Assembly (NCBI GenBank): GCA_002633005.1
Contig: NMRA01000297.1
Coordinates: 1 to 41,155 of the forward strand
DNA length: 41,155 nt
Origin: Phoronis australis
Lineage: Eukaryota; Animalia; Phoronida
Direction of reading: 5' to 3'
A program made the position numbers and the translations under genes. Numbering within the stretch: position 1 is the stretch's first letter; the number at the start of each line of letters is the position of its first letter. Below, one piece after another: positions 24,103 through 37,166 of this stretch. The notes below the pieces were generated by a model. That model worked only from the letters and a program-made list of their open reading frames with translations, was not told the DNA's origin and did no database searches.

Positions 24103-24626
24103 CTGGTTAACAAAACAGAATGACTGTAAGTGTTAAATCACACACATTACATGCCAAAATAGACAGAATGTCCTGCAATTGTTGATGGTTGGGCAGAAGG
24201 CTAATTCATGGCCAGAATGAAGGTGAATAATCAGATAAGTCAGCAAGGTGACTAAACCATCCCATAATTAGAATTTTGCTACAAAAGTTATTACAATTAA
24301 TTTTTGTTGTTAAAAATGGTAGTTTGTCCCATTTACTTTGTCTTGCTAAGTATTCTCAGGCAGAGTGTTTACAAGATGCAGCATGTTGGATCCCAGAATA
24401 TTCGTGGCTAATTAATAACAAATTCATTTTCTCATAATGGATAGATAAACGAAAACGCTTTGAGGACATTTGGCACAAATGATGGTTGACAATATTGACT
24501 TGAGATAAAGATGACAATCAATAACAGATGGGCACCGTGGCTCCGTGTTTGAGACACGCGGGCTTACAGATGCTTAATAAAGCCATAATTACACAGTGCA
24601 GTGCAAAAAACATACAATTGTCTTAC

Positions 24627-24711
24627 CAGTGCTGGCCATCCAGTTATAAGCAGACGAAGGTATGGCAGCCTGTGGGTCATCATAGTAAGTCATAACAAAG
24701 TCAAGTCCATC
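24627..24711 (-). CDS. STARD7: STARD7-like internal exon (85 bp)
   Basis: TTTTACAG|...|GTAAGA. Encodes DGLDFVMTYYDDPQAAIPSSAYNWMAST(G), similar to STARD7 NGFDYLLTYSDNPQ...W. Phase 0 to 1. Confidence 0.93.
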
Positions 24712-24828
24712 CTGTAAAACCAATCAGACATTGGATCAGCAGCCATCACTTTCACCAACAACAAATACCACACAATCACTATTTGCAAGCACTTATAATA
24801 TGTTTGTCACTGCTGTGAGAACTACTTA

Positions 24829-25390
24829 GGGCTGTTCCAGTAAAATCTGTATGGGAGGGGGGGGGGAAGGCACCTTTTTTTCGCACCCACCACCCATATT
24901 TTTCATTTATTTCTTCAGCCTACCACCCGTAATTTTTTATAAGTTTGAAATGCAACCACCCATAATTTTTGTTGTTCTTGTGGTTGACTGCACAGGCGCT
25001 TGAGTTTATCTGTTCCTCCATCACCACTAACGTCATTCATTACTAAGAAAACATATGTTTCTTATATATGGTTATTAGCCATCGAGAAATTCGAGCACCT
25101 GTGATTAAATGGTGTTATGGGCATTCCGGTGAGGAGATCGGAGGGAGTGAATAAGTCGGAGCTTTTTGCAAACTGCATTTTTGTTTCAGTTTTTGATTCT
25201 GTACGGATTGTTTATAAACTTTACTAAAATTACCCACCATCAAACATTTATGGCCCAATGAAACTACATGTACAACGACCATTTTTGTGAAGTACGACCA
25301 CCAGCCATTTTGAATTTAAATCAAACGCAACCACCCATAAATTTCAGTTGCCTTCCCCCCCCTCCCACACAGATTTTGCTGGAACAGCCC
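24829..25390. mobile_element. PIF/Harbinger (Tourist-like) MITE, 562 bp
   Basis: ~40-bp TIRs GGGCTGTTCCAG(T/C)AAAATCTGT(A/G)TGGGAGGGG...GAAGGCA with a perfect 3-bp TTA TSD (24826-24828, 25391-25393). A solo related end lies at ~29090-29130. Confidence 0.9.
24991..25103. repeat. 113-bp inverted-repeat-bounded cassette (copy 1)
   Basis: CACAGGCGCTTGAGTTT ... AAATTCGAGCACCTGTG; homologous along its length to 38544-38654. Confidence 0.75.
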
Positions 25391-25414
25391 TTAATAAACA
25401 ACAGTAGCTATACT

Positions 25415-25890
25415 CAGGGATTGGAATGACCAATGACAAAAAACGCGGAAACTTTTACGGCCCAAATCATGCCCGATAACCAGCCTTTGAAATGGTCAAT
25501 GTGAACCTTTCGGCGACAAAAATCGTTACCACCATCAGTAGCATGCGTCTGCGTCCTTTTCGCTCGCCCGTCCACTCCCAACCCACACAAATTTGGCTGC
25601 AGAGCGGTAGTATTTGTCGCCGCGCTTAACAATAACACGAGCCGCCATTGAAAATCAGACCACGCTTTACCCAGATGCCCCGGCAATGTTGACAATTTAC
25701 GTTCCTCCGAAACATAAAGACTTCCGCTTTCCAAGGTGAACGTTGTCTGCAACGCCGCGGTAAGAAAGGAATTTGCCGTGGAAATTTCATATCAAATTCG
25801 ATTTTTTTACGCGGAAATATTATAAAAAAAGCGGAAAGCACATTTCAAAAAAGCGGAAATCCGCGTTTCCGCGAAAAATTCCACGCCCTG
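25415..25890. mobile_element. CAGGG-ended (hAT-like) MITE with 6-bp TSD, 476 bp
   Basis: TIRs CAGGGATTGGAAT / ATTCCACGCCCTG with flanks TATACT/TGTACT. Subterminal CGCGGAAA repeats. Both ends are homologous to element 36346-38860. Confidence 0.8.
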
Positions 25891-27343
25891 TGTACTGCAT
25901 GAATCAAGCAGTCACATGCAAAGGATAACATAGCCTGGATTTACCCAGCGTTTAGACCTCTGTAGCCAGAAATGGACAATCATTGAGAGAAATTAACATA
26001 CAGAGGGTCCAATGTTAGTGTTCCAAACAAGGACGATTCCCATGTCAAAAATTTCAACTAAAAAGTTGAGGCCAAAATTTATTTAATTCAGGACGAAATT
26101 AAAAAACCACCGGCAGGAGCACCGGATTCAAGTTTTCGTACAGATCTCGGTAAACATTTTACTTATATATGTAGGATTTGAAAGAAATAACAATCAAGCA
26201 ATAAGTTACAAATGCGATTGTGAACGAGACCCATCCAAATTGAATTTTCAGCATCGTCATATTAAATCATGACTTGCATTATAGTGACTGTACAGGATGG
26301 GACTTCATTCTGCAGGTTTGACATTATTCTGCAGGTTTTGTTTTTGCCATTGTAAATTTGGCTTTCAGTGCTGAAATCAGTGTTTTATGATATGCCTCAA
26401 CAATTGTAACAACCATGATTATTAAACATTAAACTATCTCATGGATGTTATAATATATGTAGTTGTTTTTTCACTAACAAGATTGCAAAATAGAACCTAG
26501 TTTATCTGACTGGTGTTGGACACTCTAGAAATTCAAAAACACTGCAAAGGATATTCCATTCAAATGTAAGTCAGTCATGCAACACAACAACAATTGACAA
26601 AATCAGTTGACTAGTAAGATTGAAGATGTACTTGCATGCTCCTATGCTAAATATAGCAGGAACTAAACGACAATGCTATCTGAATGTCACCAACACTTAA
26701 TGAAGTGCAGTTGTATTCAATGACAACTCGTAAATGTGAAAACAAAAAAATTTGCAACTAGGTGACCTTTGCACTAATGACGTACCTGGGAGCTCCTATA
26801 ACCCGCATCATGAAGTGTTATTCCCCAACACTAAGTCACCATAATTAGTGGACACGGTTGAGTGATTTATGGCGGATCATTTTCGACACAAAAACTCATT
26901 CTTAAAAACATCTCGAAATTTTCAACCTACTCCATATTCACATCACCACTACATGTTGTTTTTTTGACGAAGCAATCACAGAGATAAGGAATTAGCATGC
27001 ATGTTCCATATTAAAAGTGTGTCTATTAAGATGCCGTTGAGGTGAATGAGTGAATGTTGCCATGTTAATTTTAAGAACCCTGTTAGTCATCCCATTGGAT
27101 ATGAATTCAAGTTTGCTTAGATATAGGGGTGAAAAATCTAGTTAACAAATCAAAATATGACAAGAGAGACACCTGAATATCCAATGGTTTGAGTCATTTG
27201 TGTTCAGTAAGAGGTTCACAGGCAACAGGTCGAAAATTAAGTCGAACTCGCTTGAATTCAGGTCAAATTAGGTGGACTGGTATGGTTTCCAAATTCCAAC
27301 TTGTAGCAGACATGTCAAATGCTGGCATTGCACCTGGATTTAC

Positions 27344-27529
27344 CTTGTCGAATGAGTCTGTGTGAGGCCGGATGATCATTTCTGACTTGTAGCTAGATAC
27401 TCTAACAAATTTGTTGTTGTGTGGATATGACGGATGGTTTACAGCACGATTGATGATAACCATCACCTTCTTGTCATGATCAACCTTAAACCGCCTTTTG
27501 AAAATATATTCCCGACTGTACATGGGAAA
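27344..27529 (-). CDS. STARD7: STARD7-like internal exon (186 bp)
   Basis: TTTTTTGCAG|...|GTAAAT. Encodes FPMYSREYIFKRRFKVDHDKKVMVIINRAVNHPSYPHNNKFVRVSSYKSEMIIRPHTDSFDK, similar to STARD7 YPMYSRDYVYVRR...RAVEHP...FVRVRSYESQMVIRPH. Phase 0/0. Confidence 0.95.
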
Positions 27530-28639
27530 CTGCAAAAAATAAAACACACGTCACAGTATTTACACATATACAGAAAAGCACTAAGGGGGGGATGGGGGGC
27601 GGCGTAAATTAGTAGTGACTGAGGGACACTGAGCTGCGCAAAATTGGTGACGACTGTGGACGGTGATAAACTGGTGATGACCAGAAGAAATGTCCGTTAT
27701 CTTCCACGCAGATTATCAGAAAATGTTAAAGATTATCAGTTTCATTTCATCCACAGATTTCACAAGTCAGAGTTTTCACTGGGGTTAAAAACGTAGCAAA
27801 CCCAGATGTGTTAGGTCACCTCAGTTGCATGAAGACGGGCCAGTGTCACTGAGTTAACATTGGGCATTTCAAAGGCTGTGGATGAGAAAGGTTTTAACTG
27901 TAAAAAACGATTGGGTGAATTTGATGTTGGTAGCATATGAAATCGCCCTTATATGTACAATGTGTGAGTTAATCGTGTCTTCAGCCACGCAGCACTGTAC
28001 TAGTCGACGCATTCCTCATCGTTTGCAGTAGGCCTAAACATGTAGAACGACAGCGCTTCTTCAACAATTCCCACATCCATTACTGTTACGTTTAATGCAA
28101 AATTCGTTAAAATTGAGAAAGCCCATGTTTTGATGGTCGGGAACCCTCTTTGTGCGTCGAATACGCAAGTGCAGCTTTTTATTGGGAAACCATGCGTTGA
28201 AAGTGCAAACTCAACATTTTTTTATTGAGAAAACGCATTCTTACAAAAGAGAATCAGTTGTCTGCAACGTTTCATGTTCGTCAATAATGCAAACCAGAGC
28301 CACTCATTGGAAAGCCCATATTTGTCACCAGGAAGACTTTTTTCACAATGCAGCCTGATATTTTAAGTGAGATAGCACAGTTTTGAAAAGATTCCCTCAC
28401 TTGCCGGGAACGATCTTTGAGCATGGGCCGAATATTTGATATTGAGAAAGCACATCTTTGAAAAGACGAATCAACACTTGTCGGGAACGGTCTTTGTGCG
28501 TCAACACCCCACATTTCTTATTGGGAAAGCCAGATTTTCAAAAATTAATTGCGCAGACCATCTGAGTATCATTGACCTGCAATTATACTGCTAGACCGAG
28601 CCAGCAATGTTGATGCTACGACCGCCCATTGAAATAATG

Positions 28640-28794
28640 TACACCCACGAAATTCGGACACTAGTGGAAACCCAAATTTGAAGGTCCGCCAAATTCGGAC
28701 ACCACAAAAATGATGTTTCGCGAGATTCGTCCAAGAAATTAATTTTTTCAATTGGAATTAATTTTCAGTGTCCGAAAATTGCGCGACTTTACTG
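28640..28794. mobile_element. Terminal fragment of a probable Tc1/mariner-type MITE
   Basis: Ends in GCGCGACTTTACTG|TA with subterminal AATTCGGACAC / GTGTCCGAAAATT repeats. I found no partner end. Confidence 0.4.
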
Positions 28795-29519
28795 TACAGA
28801 AAGGCACAACTTTGACATTTTGGTGCAACACAATAGAAGCTATTTAAGTGTTCATGGGACAATATACAGGCAATTCCATTTGTGATGGCCGTACAATTAG
28901 ATAACATTTTGACCAACTGTGAAAAAAATCATTCTAGGAAAACAATTAATACACCAATTATCAGGTATCATTAATAACTTACAATGCATTGATTAACTTT
29001 GGCATTATCTTTCTGACAGACTGTGAAAATTGCCTTTAAAGGGGTATGAAAGAGATACGCAAGGAATTTAGAATTTTTTAAAATGAAAGTGCCTTCACCC
29101 CCTCCCATACTTTTTTGCTGGAACAACCCTTAGTTAAAATCAAACAAATATATGTTAAACCTGATACATAACTTTTTTCCATTTCTATTATTAGCTTATC
29201 AACTCGGTAAATAATCTGCTTCGAATTTGCATACTTTTGACGGGTCTTGCGTACTTGCATACTCAAAGCAGAAATTCCTTACAAATCTGCCTTTTTTGTA
29301 TAGGGCACACAGGTTAGTGATATCCAGGAGTTGGCATTTGACCACAAGAGGTGTGCAACGGGTCAAATGATAATTTTTGGATAACTTAGTGTGAATGCAC
29401 AAATTTGGTAATGCAGTGAAATACCCATAATTCGCCTAATATTTACAGGAGCAATGCAGAGTGCTGAAATGCGCCCACGAATGCATCGCAGATGGTGTGC
29501 TTTTACGGTTATTTATTTG

Positions 29520-29840
29520 TATCATAAAAATGGCCACTAGATGGCCAAAAATGTACACTCTATCCAAAAAACGGGAACTTCACAGAAACAAAGGAATAAA
29601 GGACTTTTGAAGATACAGAGGTAAACGTAAAAACTAAAATTGCCACTAGGGGGCACACCAGTAGTCGGATCCGTCCAAAAGTTCACTCATGCCGTCCCAT
29701 CCATGGAAGAAACATGTGCAAAATTTCATGAACATACCTCAAGGCGTTTTGGAGATAAGAGCAGCGGACCCTAGAGGCCGGACGGATGGAGATGACGGCA
29801 TAATGCGTCCAGATATAAATATTTGGGCGCATAATAAAAA
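29520..29840 (+). mobile_element. Helentron/DINE-1-like non-autonomous element, 3' portion
   Basis: GCAAAATTTCATG...TTTTGGAGAT, a GGACGGATGGA microsatellite remnant, and a terminal hairpin ATGCGTCCAGATAT-AA-ATATTTGGGCGCAT (29803-29832) followed by an A-rich tract. Confidence 0.55.
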
Positions 29841-30733
29841 TAAATAAGAAACATTACGTGAAAATCGAGGAATTTTTAGAGACAAATGAACCCCAAAAAT
29901 AGGTTTGTAAAGGAAAAAGTTGAAAATTGTTAGAAATTCAAATATGAATACTGAAACTAGACACTGGGCATTCAGATAAGACCAGAAATGCTAATATTGT
30001 CACAATTCTTTTTTTCTCATAGAATTGCCCGTACTCAACTACTCATATATTGCAGTTGCTGATGGATATTGCGGAGAAGTAGTAATTTACAGACAATGCA
30101 CAAAAACATAACTGACTGAGACAGGCGTGCTCACTGTTTGCTGGGTGCTATGTCCTAAAAGCATCAGACATCCAAAAATTGCTGCCAAGAAAAATGCTAT
30201 TAATGATACTTTCATCTATTCAGAGCACTCTCCATTGAGACTGCTCATGTTATTCGTCTGTATAGGGTCATTCGTGTCCAACACTCGAAACAAAGGAAAA
30301 TACGAGTGATGGCATATTTGTACTCATTTCCCGATCTGGGCTCACAAAAAGTGATCCAATTTTGAACTTGAGTGATTCCAATTTTCTATTCGTATTTTAC
30401 CATGTCTATTCTTAAGCATTTAATTGCTTATATATATGGAGCCCTGGTGTCCATGCAATTTTTCGTGAATCAAACACGGATATTTGCGGATTCACAGGAA
30501 CTCCTACAGACCTGTCCACATCAAGGTTCGTGGGACTCACAGGGCCTTTTACAGACCTATACATATCAAGCTTCACGGACCAAATGGTCGTTATTCAACT
30601 TTAATCAACAACTGATCTCTGCGAGTCAATGATGCGGGGCATGTTCCAAAAAATTCTCTTGTCAAAAGACAGATATGCACAGCAAATTGTCCCATGAAAG
30701 TTAAGCAAAGCGTAACTAAAGGGCAACACTTAC

Positions 30734-30894
30734 AGGAAAGTGCATGACCCATCGCACAACTTCTGAACCTGTTTCGCGGTCCCTATCGATGAGGTCAAGG
30801 GATACTACCAGGCTGTCCCACTGTTTGCGGTATTCCAGATCAACTTGAATGGCAAAGAATGCTCGTGACGGAATATCAGAGAAGCTGCCAAACA
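30734..30894 (-). CDS. STARD7: STARD7-like internal exon (161 bp)
   Basis: TTGTAG|...|GTAAGT. Encodes (V)FGSFSDIPSRAFFAIQVDLEYRKQWDSLVVSLDLIDRDRETGSEVVRWVMHFP, similar to STARD7 VFGTYTDV...FFNVQLDTEYRKKWD...GSEVLHWVTHFP. Phase 1 to 0. Confidence 0.95.
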
Positions 30895-31063
30895 CTACAA
30901 TCACAGAGCATAAACGATGATATTCTTAGGCATACGCTAACAAAATCAATTCTCAGTGAAAACATAATGCCCACTGATCACAAGCAGTGCTCAATTTGGT
31001 GACCTGCAGCTCGCCAATGCAAATTGCATTTGGCGACTAAGGAGAAATGCCAAGTCATGACAG

Positions 31064-31159
31064 GAAGTACCAATATATGCTGCTACTTGCTATCATGGAG
31101 AAGTACCAATATATGCTGCTACTTGCTATCATGGAGAAGTACCAATATACGCTGCTACT
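31064..31159. repeat. 36-bp tandem repeat, ~2.6 copies
   Basis: Unit GAAGTACCAATATATGCTGCTACTTGCTATCATGGA; the third copy runs into the foldback element. Confidence 0.9.
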
Positions 31160-32723
31160 CTGGAGTTCCGAATAGTAGTAGAGACAGCAATAATAATATA
31201 GACTGGAAAATTTCACGATTTTTAATAATAGTAGAGACTCTAATAATAGTATAGACCCAACATTTTTGCCACTAGAAAAGTAGAATACTAGTATAGACCG
31301 GAAATTGTCGGAAAAAATTAATAATAGTATAGAATGGAATAATGGTATAGACGGCAAATTTGTGGAAATTTAAACATAGTATAGACTGGAATAATAATAT
31401 TGATTACAAACTTAGGTAAAATCTAATAACAATATAGAAGGGAATAATAATAAATTTATGTAATAATTGTATAGACGGGAAATTTGTGGAAAATTAGACT
31501 GGAATAATAACATTGATTATAAATTTGCGTAAAATCTAGTACCAGTAGATGGAAATAATAGGAAGTGCAAAATGTAATAGTGATGTAGATGGGATTGGAA
31601 TAATAGTGCAAAGAAGCAAATTCTGTCCGACTTACCACTGCTTTAAGTAATTGTTTCAAAGAAAAACTTTTAAATTGAACATTAGCATAGTTAAATTATT
31701 ACAGTGGTGTATCCACACATGCCATAACATAGTACATATATCTCCTACATTTTTCAAGGAATTCTTTTCTATTTCAGCACACTGGTGTAAGTCAAAATGC
31801 AAATTGAACATCCTACTTTACTATGCAATAGGTCTAACCAATCAGAAAAAATAGGTCAAAGGTCATTGAGTGCAAACTAAAATTTTGAGCTAGAGACTTG
31901 AAAATTACACATCTGTTTAGAAAATGCCATTCAGTTTGATTTCTTAATTTTCAGGTCATTTGGTGCACTCATGGGGTCATTGGGTGCATTTTTCTTCTGA
32001 AAGTTTGACCAATTCATTCATCTCGTGTTCTAAAGTGCTTAAAGTAAGACATCTGTGATTCCTAGCTTTACCCAAAATTATCGTCCAGTTTACACTTATT
32101 CCCTCATCAGGGCTCATAATGCACCAGAAGGGATCAATTAGTGCAAAGGTCATCAAATTATCAACATGTAATTTCTGTTACAGTTTTAAAGAATTGTTTT
32201 TCATTTTGGTTAACGGGTTGTTATCAATAACTTCCCACAACAATTCCAGTAATACGCACGCGCAGAGTTCATTACTGTCACGCCGTGACAATAATCTTTC
32301 TAGTTTCCAACTACCGTTACTAGATTTTAAGCAAATTAATTGGTGATCTATGCTATTATTCCAGTCTTAACTATTTTCAATTTTCCACAAATTTCCCATC
32401 TATTCCCATTATTCCCTAAAATTTGCTGTTTTGCACTATTATTCCCTTTACATCATTATTAGATTTTACTCAAATTTGTAACCAATATTATTATTCCAGT
32501 CTATACTATTTTTAAATTTCCACAAATTTGCCGTCAATACCATTATTTCATTATGTACTATTATTAATTTTTCCACAAATATCTGGTCTATACTATTAAT
32601 CTACTTTTCTAGCAGCACAAATGTTGGGTCAATACTATTATTAGAGTCTCTACTATTAGAAATCATGAAAATTTCTAGTCTATACTATTATTGCTGACTC
32701 TACAACTATTCGGAACTTGAGAG
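31158..32723. mobile_element. Foldback-like DNA element with long modular TIRs (~1.57 kb)
   Basis: 31158-~31450 is the reverse complement of ~32437-32723 (CTCTGGAGTTCCGAATAGT... / ...ACTATTCGGAACTTGAGAG). Arms are built of AATAATAGTATAGACTGG-type subrepeats. TA on the left flank, TC on the right. Confidence 0.85.
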
Positions 32724-32825
32724 TCATTTGACAGTTATAAGCAGATGACAATCCAGATATAGCAGCAATATTCACCCTCGCTCATAATTTGCATGATAGG
32801 ACAAATTCAGTTTCAACTTAAATAC

Positions 32826-33034
32826 CTCTGTATTCATAAAGGTGACTATTTTCAAGAGGCTTCCTCCACAAACGAAAATCCTGCTGGTCACAAACCACTT
32901 CCCACTCTGTTGTCAAAGTAGAAGACTTCAGACAGTCGACATTATTAACACAGTTCTGAGCTGACACAGACTTAGGACTATCCATTTGGAAGTAACCCGC
33001 CAACGACTCAGTTCTAGCCATGTCTTCAGCAGCA
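32826..33034 (-). CDS. STARD7: STARD7-like exon (209 bp), most 5' exon found in the window
   Basis: CCATTTTTTACAG|...|GTATTT. Encodes AAEDMARTESLAG...EWEVVCDQQDFRLWRKPLENSHLYEYR, similar to STARD7 WEMVMDKKHFKLWRRP...HLYQYR. It starts in phase 2, so an upstream exon is required. Confidence 0.92.
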
Positions 33035-33169
33035 CTGTAAAAAATGGAAAATTATGAACAAATGACATTTTGCTATGCCATAAATTTCACACTTATACAC
33101 TAGGTTGTAGCACCTTGCATTTATAATTTAGAATAGATTAATGGAGAACTTTCCCCAGTTCTATCTGTA

Positions 33170-34781
33170 CCCAATGCTTTCCGAGGAAATACCTATGCAA
33201 TGATATACTTAGCCACTAGCACAGTCGCCAATGCGAGAAAAATAGTACTGGGCGAGTAGAAGTTCACTTGCCAGTCGCCCAGGTGGCGAGTGAATTTTCA
33301 AAGCGATATGAACACTATTTCATTTCCCAGATGAAAATCAACAATTTTTCTCTTCCCTGTGCTGTTTTTTCATGAATTAAGGTTAATTTTGGTCCCCTAA
33401 CCTCGATGCTCCCGCAGCAAAAAACATCAATGGACTGCGGTCCTACTGAGTGTTCTAGTCCACATCCAAGGAAGAATCATGATGCGCTCGTTGTGCCCGA
33501 CTGGTGCACGTGCAATCGTCTTGGGTGTTCTCATTTTCATTTGTCAAGCAGAACAATGTGACCATAGACATCATGTGATGTCTACACGATGTTTTTAGAG
33601 ACAGTTAGCCCTGCTTCAAAGTAGACTATGGCAGAAAAGAGAAACCATCACGCTTATGAGGAAAACAAGAGAAGGCGTGGTTAAACTTGATTGACAATGG
33701 CTTCAAGAAACAGAAAATGGCATGCAATTTTAATTAAAATGTAGTTAGTGTGTTGGATAACGTTATTGTCTTGCGTAGCCAGCCAACCAGCTATCTGTAT
33801 GAAGACAACTGTCAAAATACAGCTAGGTACCTGCGTTGAGATACAACAGACCTCGAAAGTGCACACAGCAAGGGTAGTTCTTTCTACCCGTCACCTCGCC
33901 GTGAAACTTGTATCAACATGTAGAGCTAAAGACCGGCCAGAGTGTGTGCAAAATTTGGGAGTCAACCGACACTCACCTTGCCCATTACTGCAGTTTAAAT
34001 GAAGAACAAACTAGTAAATGTCATTTTCTTGCGTATTTCTCCGCCTTTTATAACAAAGAAAAGTATTTCGTCGTTTCGAAAACAGTATGCTCGTGACATG
34101 CGCACACGCCATTTCTTAAAATTTTGCGACATTTCTCGAGAGATGACAGCTTCGCAGCAGTAAAACTTGTTCTGAAAGTCGGTTTGCTGGTTTAAAAATA
34201 TTAAAACTTATAATGAAGTGAAACAAATAGCGATAATTTGTCGTAACGTGTACAAAACCTCGTAAAAGAACAACAGTTGATTGAAGAATCGACAAAAAAA
34301 GAAACTGGTAATTGTGTGACGTAATATTTCATGGCGCCGAAAGCTGACGCATAAGATCGTGCCGCAATTTTAGCAGCAGAATTATGGTAGAATGCCAATT
34401 TTTTCAATAACGGTAACTAATTTAGTGTACTCTAAGAAGAGTGTTTTTAAATGACACTAATTTTGTGTCACATTTTATCTGCTTATTTTTCTTACCCACA
34501 TCCGCGCGAAACTGCATATTAGTATAGAGCTTTGTGCCAAGGCTACATTTTGCGTTCTCGGAATTATAGATGTCAAAGTTTCTTAGTAAGAATTCTGCAT
34601 TTTCTAAAAGTGGTACTAGCCCAAGCAAACCGTGACCAACAAATGAAGCAATGATTTTCATTGACATTGGCAGCAAGTTAGTGGTGACAAGACATGAAAT
34701 GGCCGGGTGTCTGAACTTTGGGCTGAGCGAGTAATTTTCTGGGTCATTCGCCCAGCAGGCGAGTGGGGTGTTGAAACCTAG
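33170..34781. mobile_element. Degenerate hAT-like element (boundaries uncertain)
   Basis: Clusters of GGCGAGT/TCGCC subterminal-type motifs at 33225-33292 and 34727-34764. TIR and TSD were not resolved. Confidence 0.3.
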
Positions 34782-37166
34782 GTACATATCCCTGCTATGT
34801 GGCTGCCACCTGACAGTCACTACCATTAACCTTTAAGGTGCTGGGATAATTTTAGGTGGCGCCCTGCATCACCAGTGCAAAAAAGATGCACTGCTATTGG
34901 GACTACTTTGTAAAGAAGGTATCGTCATCGTTAATTAGTTATTCACTGGTTCAAATTATGCTTTACAGCAGCTTAAGGAAGTGGTTTGTCCATTGTGTAC
35001 AGCCTAATCACTGTCTCACTCAAGCTGCAGACTGGGCCACAAGTCTATTCGTGATTTAACATGGTGTGCAAATATCTCAATTATCTTTTCAATTCATCTG
35101 GAACAACTAGTCAATTTAAACAAAGGCCCAGTGCTACCTATAGGCCTAATCCACTACCTGCTCACTGGAGGTGCAGTCTGGCACGAAAGTCGCTGATTTT
35201 TGCATTACACCTTTTGGCTTTTGTAGTCACCTTTTTGTGTTAGGTGGAGAACTGATCATATTACCCATTGAAAATAATTAAGGCTCGGTGGTTAGTTCTG
35301 CGAAGTATATGACGTCAGCAAAGACACCATTGCACAGCAGTTTATGTAACGGGTGTCTTCTGGGAGGCCTAAATTTTGAATTTCGTAGCACATTTTTCAA
35401 TATTCCGTGGGCCCCACGACACAGACTTTACCGATACCAGTCTCAGAAACATTTGCATGAAACTGCTTTTGATGTCAATATCCTTGATATCTCACTGCGA
35501 CACTAGTCGGTTCTGTTGTTAGCGTGCAATCGGACTCGTGGCAGACGATCGTTACTTGGAAATGTGTATCTCAGCGTCTCGTTTTTTATCGCAAAAGACT
35601 GCACACGTGAAAATGTTATTAAATGCTAATAATCACCAAAGGACAGCCGTGACTTAACTTTCAGCTGAATAGTTTTTGAGTCACCAAGAAATCCTCAAAC
35701 CATTTAATTGTTTCTAGGTCTACGTGCGTGATATACATGTATGACTTGTCTGTCACATGTTATTGCCAATGTAAAGTGCAAGCCTACTGCAGTGATTGAA
35801 GTGCATGAACTCAAGCGTGCGCACCACTCCGCTGCATATCAAAAGAGAACAGCGACACTCCTAAATGAAAGTGTACATCGGCTTGGCTCTGTTAAGCACC
35901 CGGGTGCTAATAGTTCATTTGACAATGAACTTAAAAGTTCCCGATGTTCTCCCCGGGACCAATGTAGCCCAGAACTGATACTTTCGTGTTCCCATGTTCC
36001 CCAGGTCAATGTTCAGTAGGTCCGATGTTCTATGCCCATGACAAGCTATTCGGCAACTACCGGTAATTGGGGAAAAGCATAATTGTGGTTAGCGACCTTT
36101 TTATTCTTTTCATGCACCCCTGCCATTTTTTCGCTCACCTGACCACACAGTAAAGTAATTTTCAGACTCAAATAGAAAGAATCTTGTTCCGGCTGAATTG
36201 GGCCACTAAAATAAAATTATTGTGGGTGGCTAAAAAGGTACAGTGTAGGTGGTAAGGATGGATAGCCAGAAAGTTTGCCTCTAAAAATCGTATCATAATA
36301 ACACTTCTTACTATTGCACATTGCAGCCTTTCAATATCTATGTTACAGGGCTTGGAATGACCCATGACAAAAAAGAGGAAAATTTTACGGCCTAAATACA
36401 CATTTCAATCTAAACCATACCTCAACAGATCAAAATTTACTGTGTCGTGTTGACAAAACGCACTCATCTTAAGCAGTACTTGACATCTATTTCAATGAAG
36501 GCAATTAGATGCAACAAAAAATATTTTTTTAAATTAGAATAACGATAATGATGAAAAATTTGCATTCTGAGTGGCAGGAGCTTATTCTTGATTTGTTGCA
36601 CTGAGGGAGACCAATAAAATTATTTTCAATTCTTATAAATACAAAAAATGAAAATCGATCCATAGGTTATCTAGAAAGCCTGAAATACATACACATTTAA
36701 TTCCAAAAAAAATTAATTCCAATGCAAATGAAAAAAAATCAAGACCAAAACCTGTGGCTCATACCCCAACTTTTAGCATGGAAAAATGAAAATCAAAACA
36801 ACATAGTTTATAGAATGCATCAATAACAATCCTAAGTTGGCTAAACAGTAATTACAGGAGTTTATTGTTCATAAGCCACGCTGGTGGAGAAGAAACTATG
36901 TGACATAAGAAATAACTATCAGCGAGGACACTGAAAATAGACTGGCAGAATTTGTAAACAATGGCTTAGACCAATCAGATCATTCAGAATCTGTCACGTG
37001 ATCACTTCTCTAAAACTGCAAAACTCGAGTCACAAAATAGAACAAGAAAAATGTCAAAATAAATTGAAATACATAAAAGGCAAATTTAAACGCATTTGCA
37101 GTAACGAAAATAGCACTTTGTATTGCGTTTCGGCGGCACGTAGAAAATCGCACTCAAGCGGTCAGG

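Noticed and set aside
28110-28535. Recurrent ATTG(A/G)GAAAGC motifs and a duplicated GTCGGGAAC..TCTTTGTGCGTC
   Set aside because: Too degenerate to define unit or boundaries; probably internal repeats of an old transposon.
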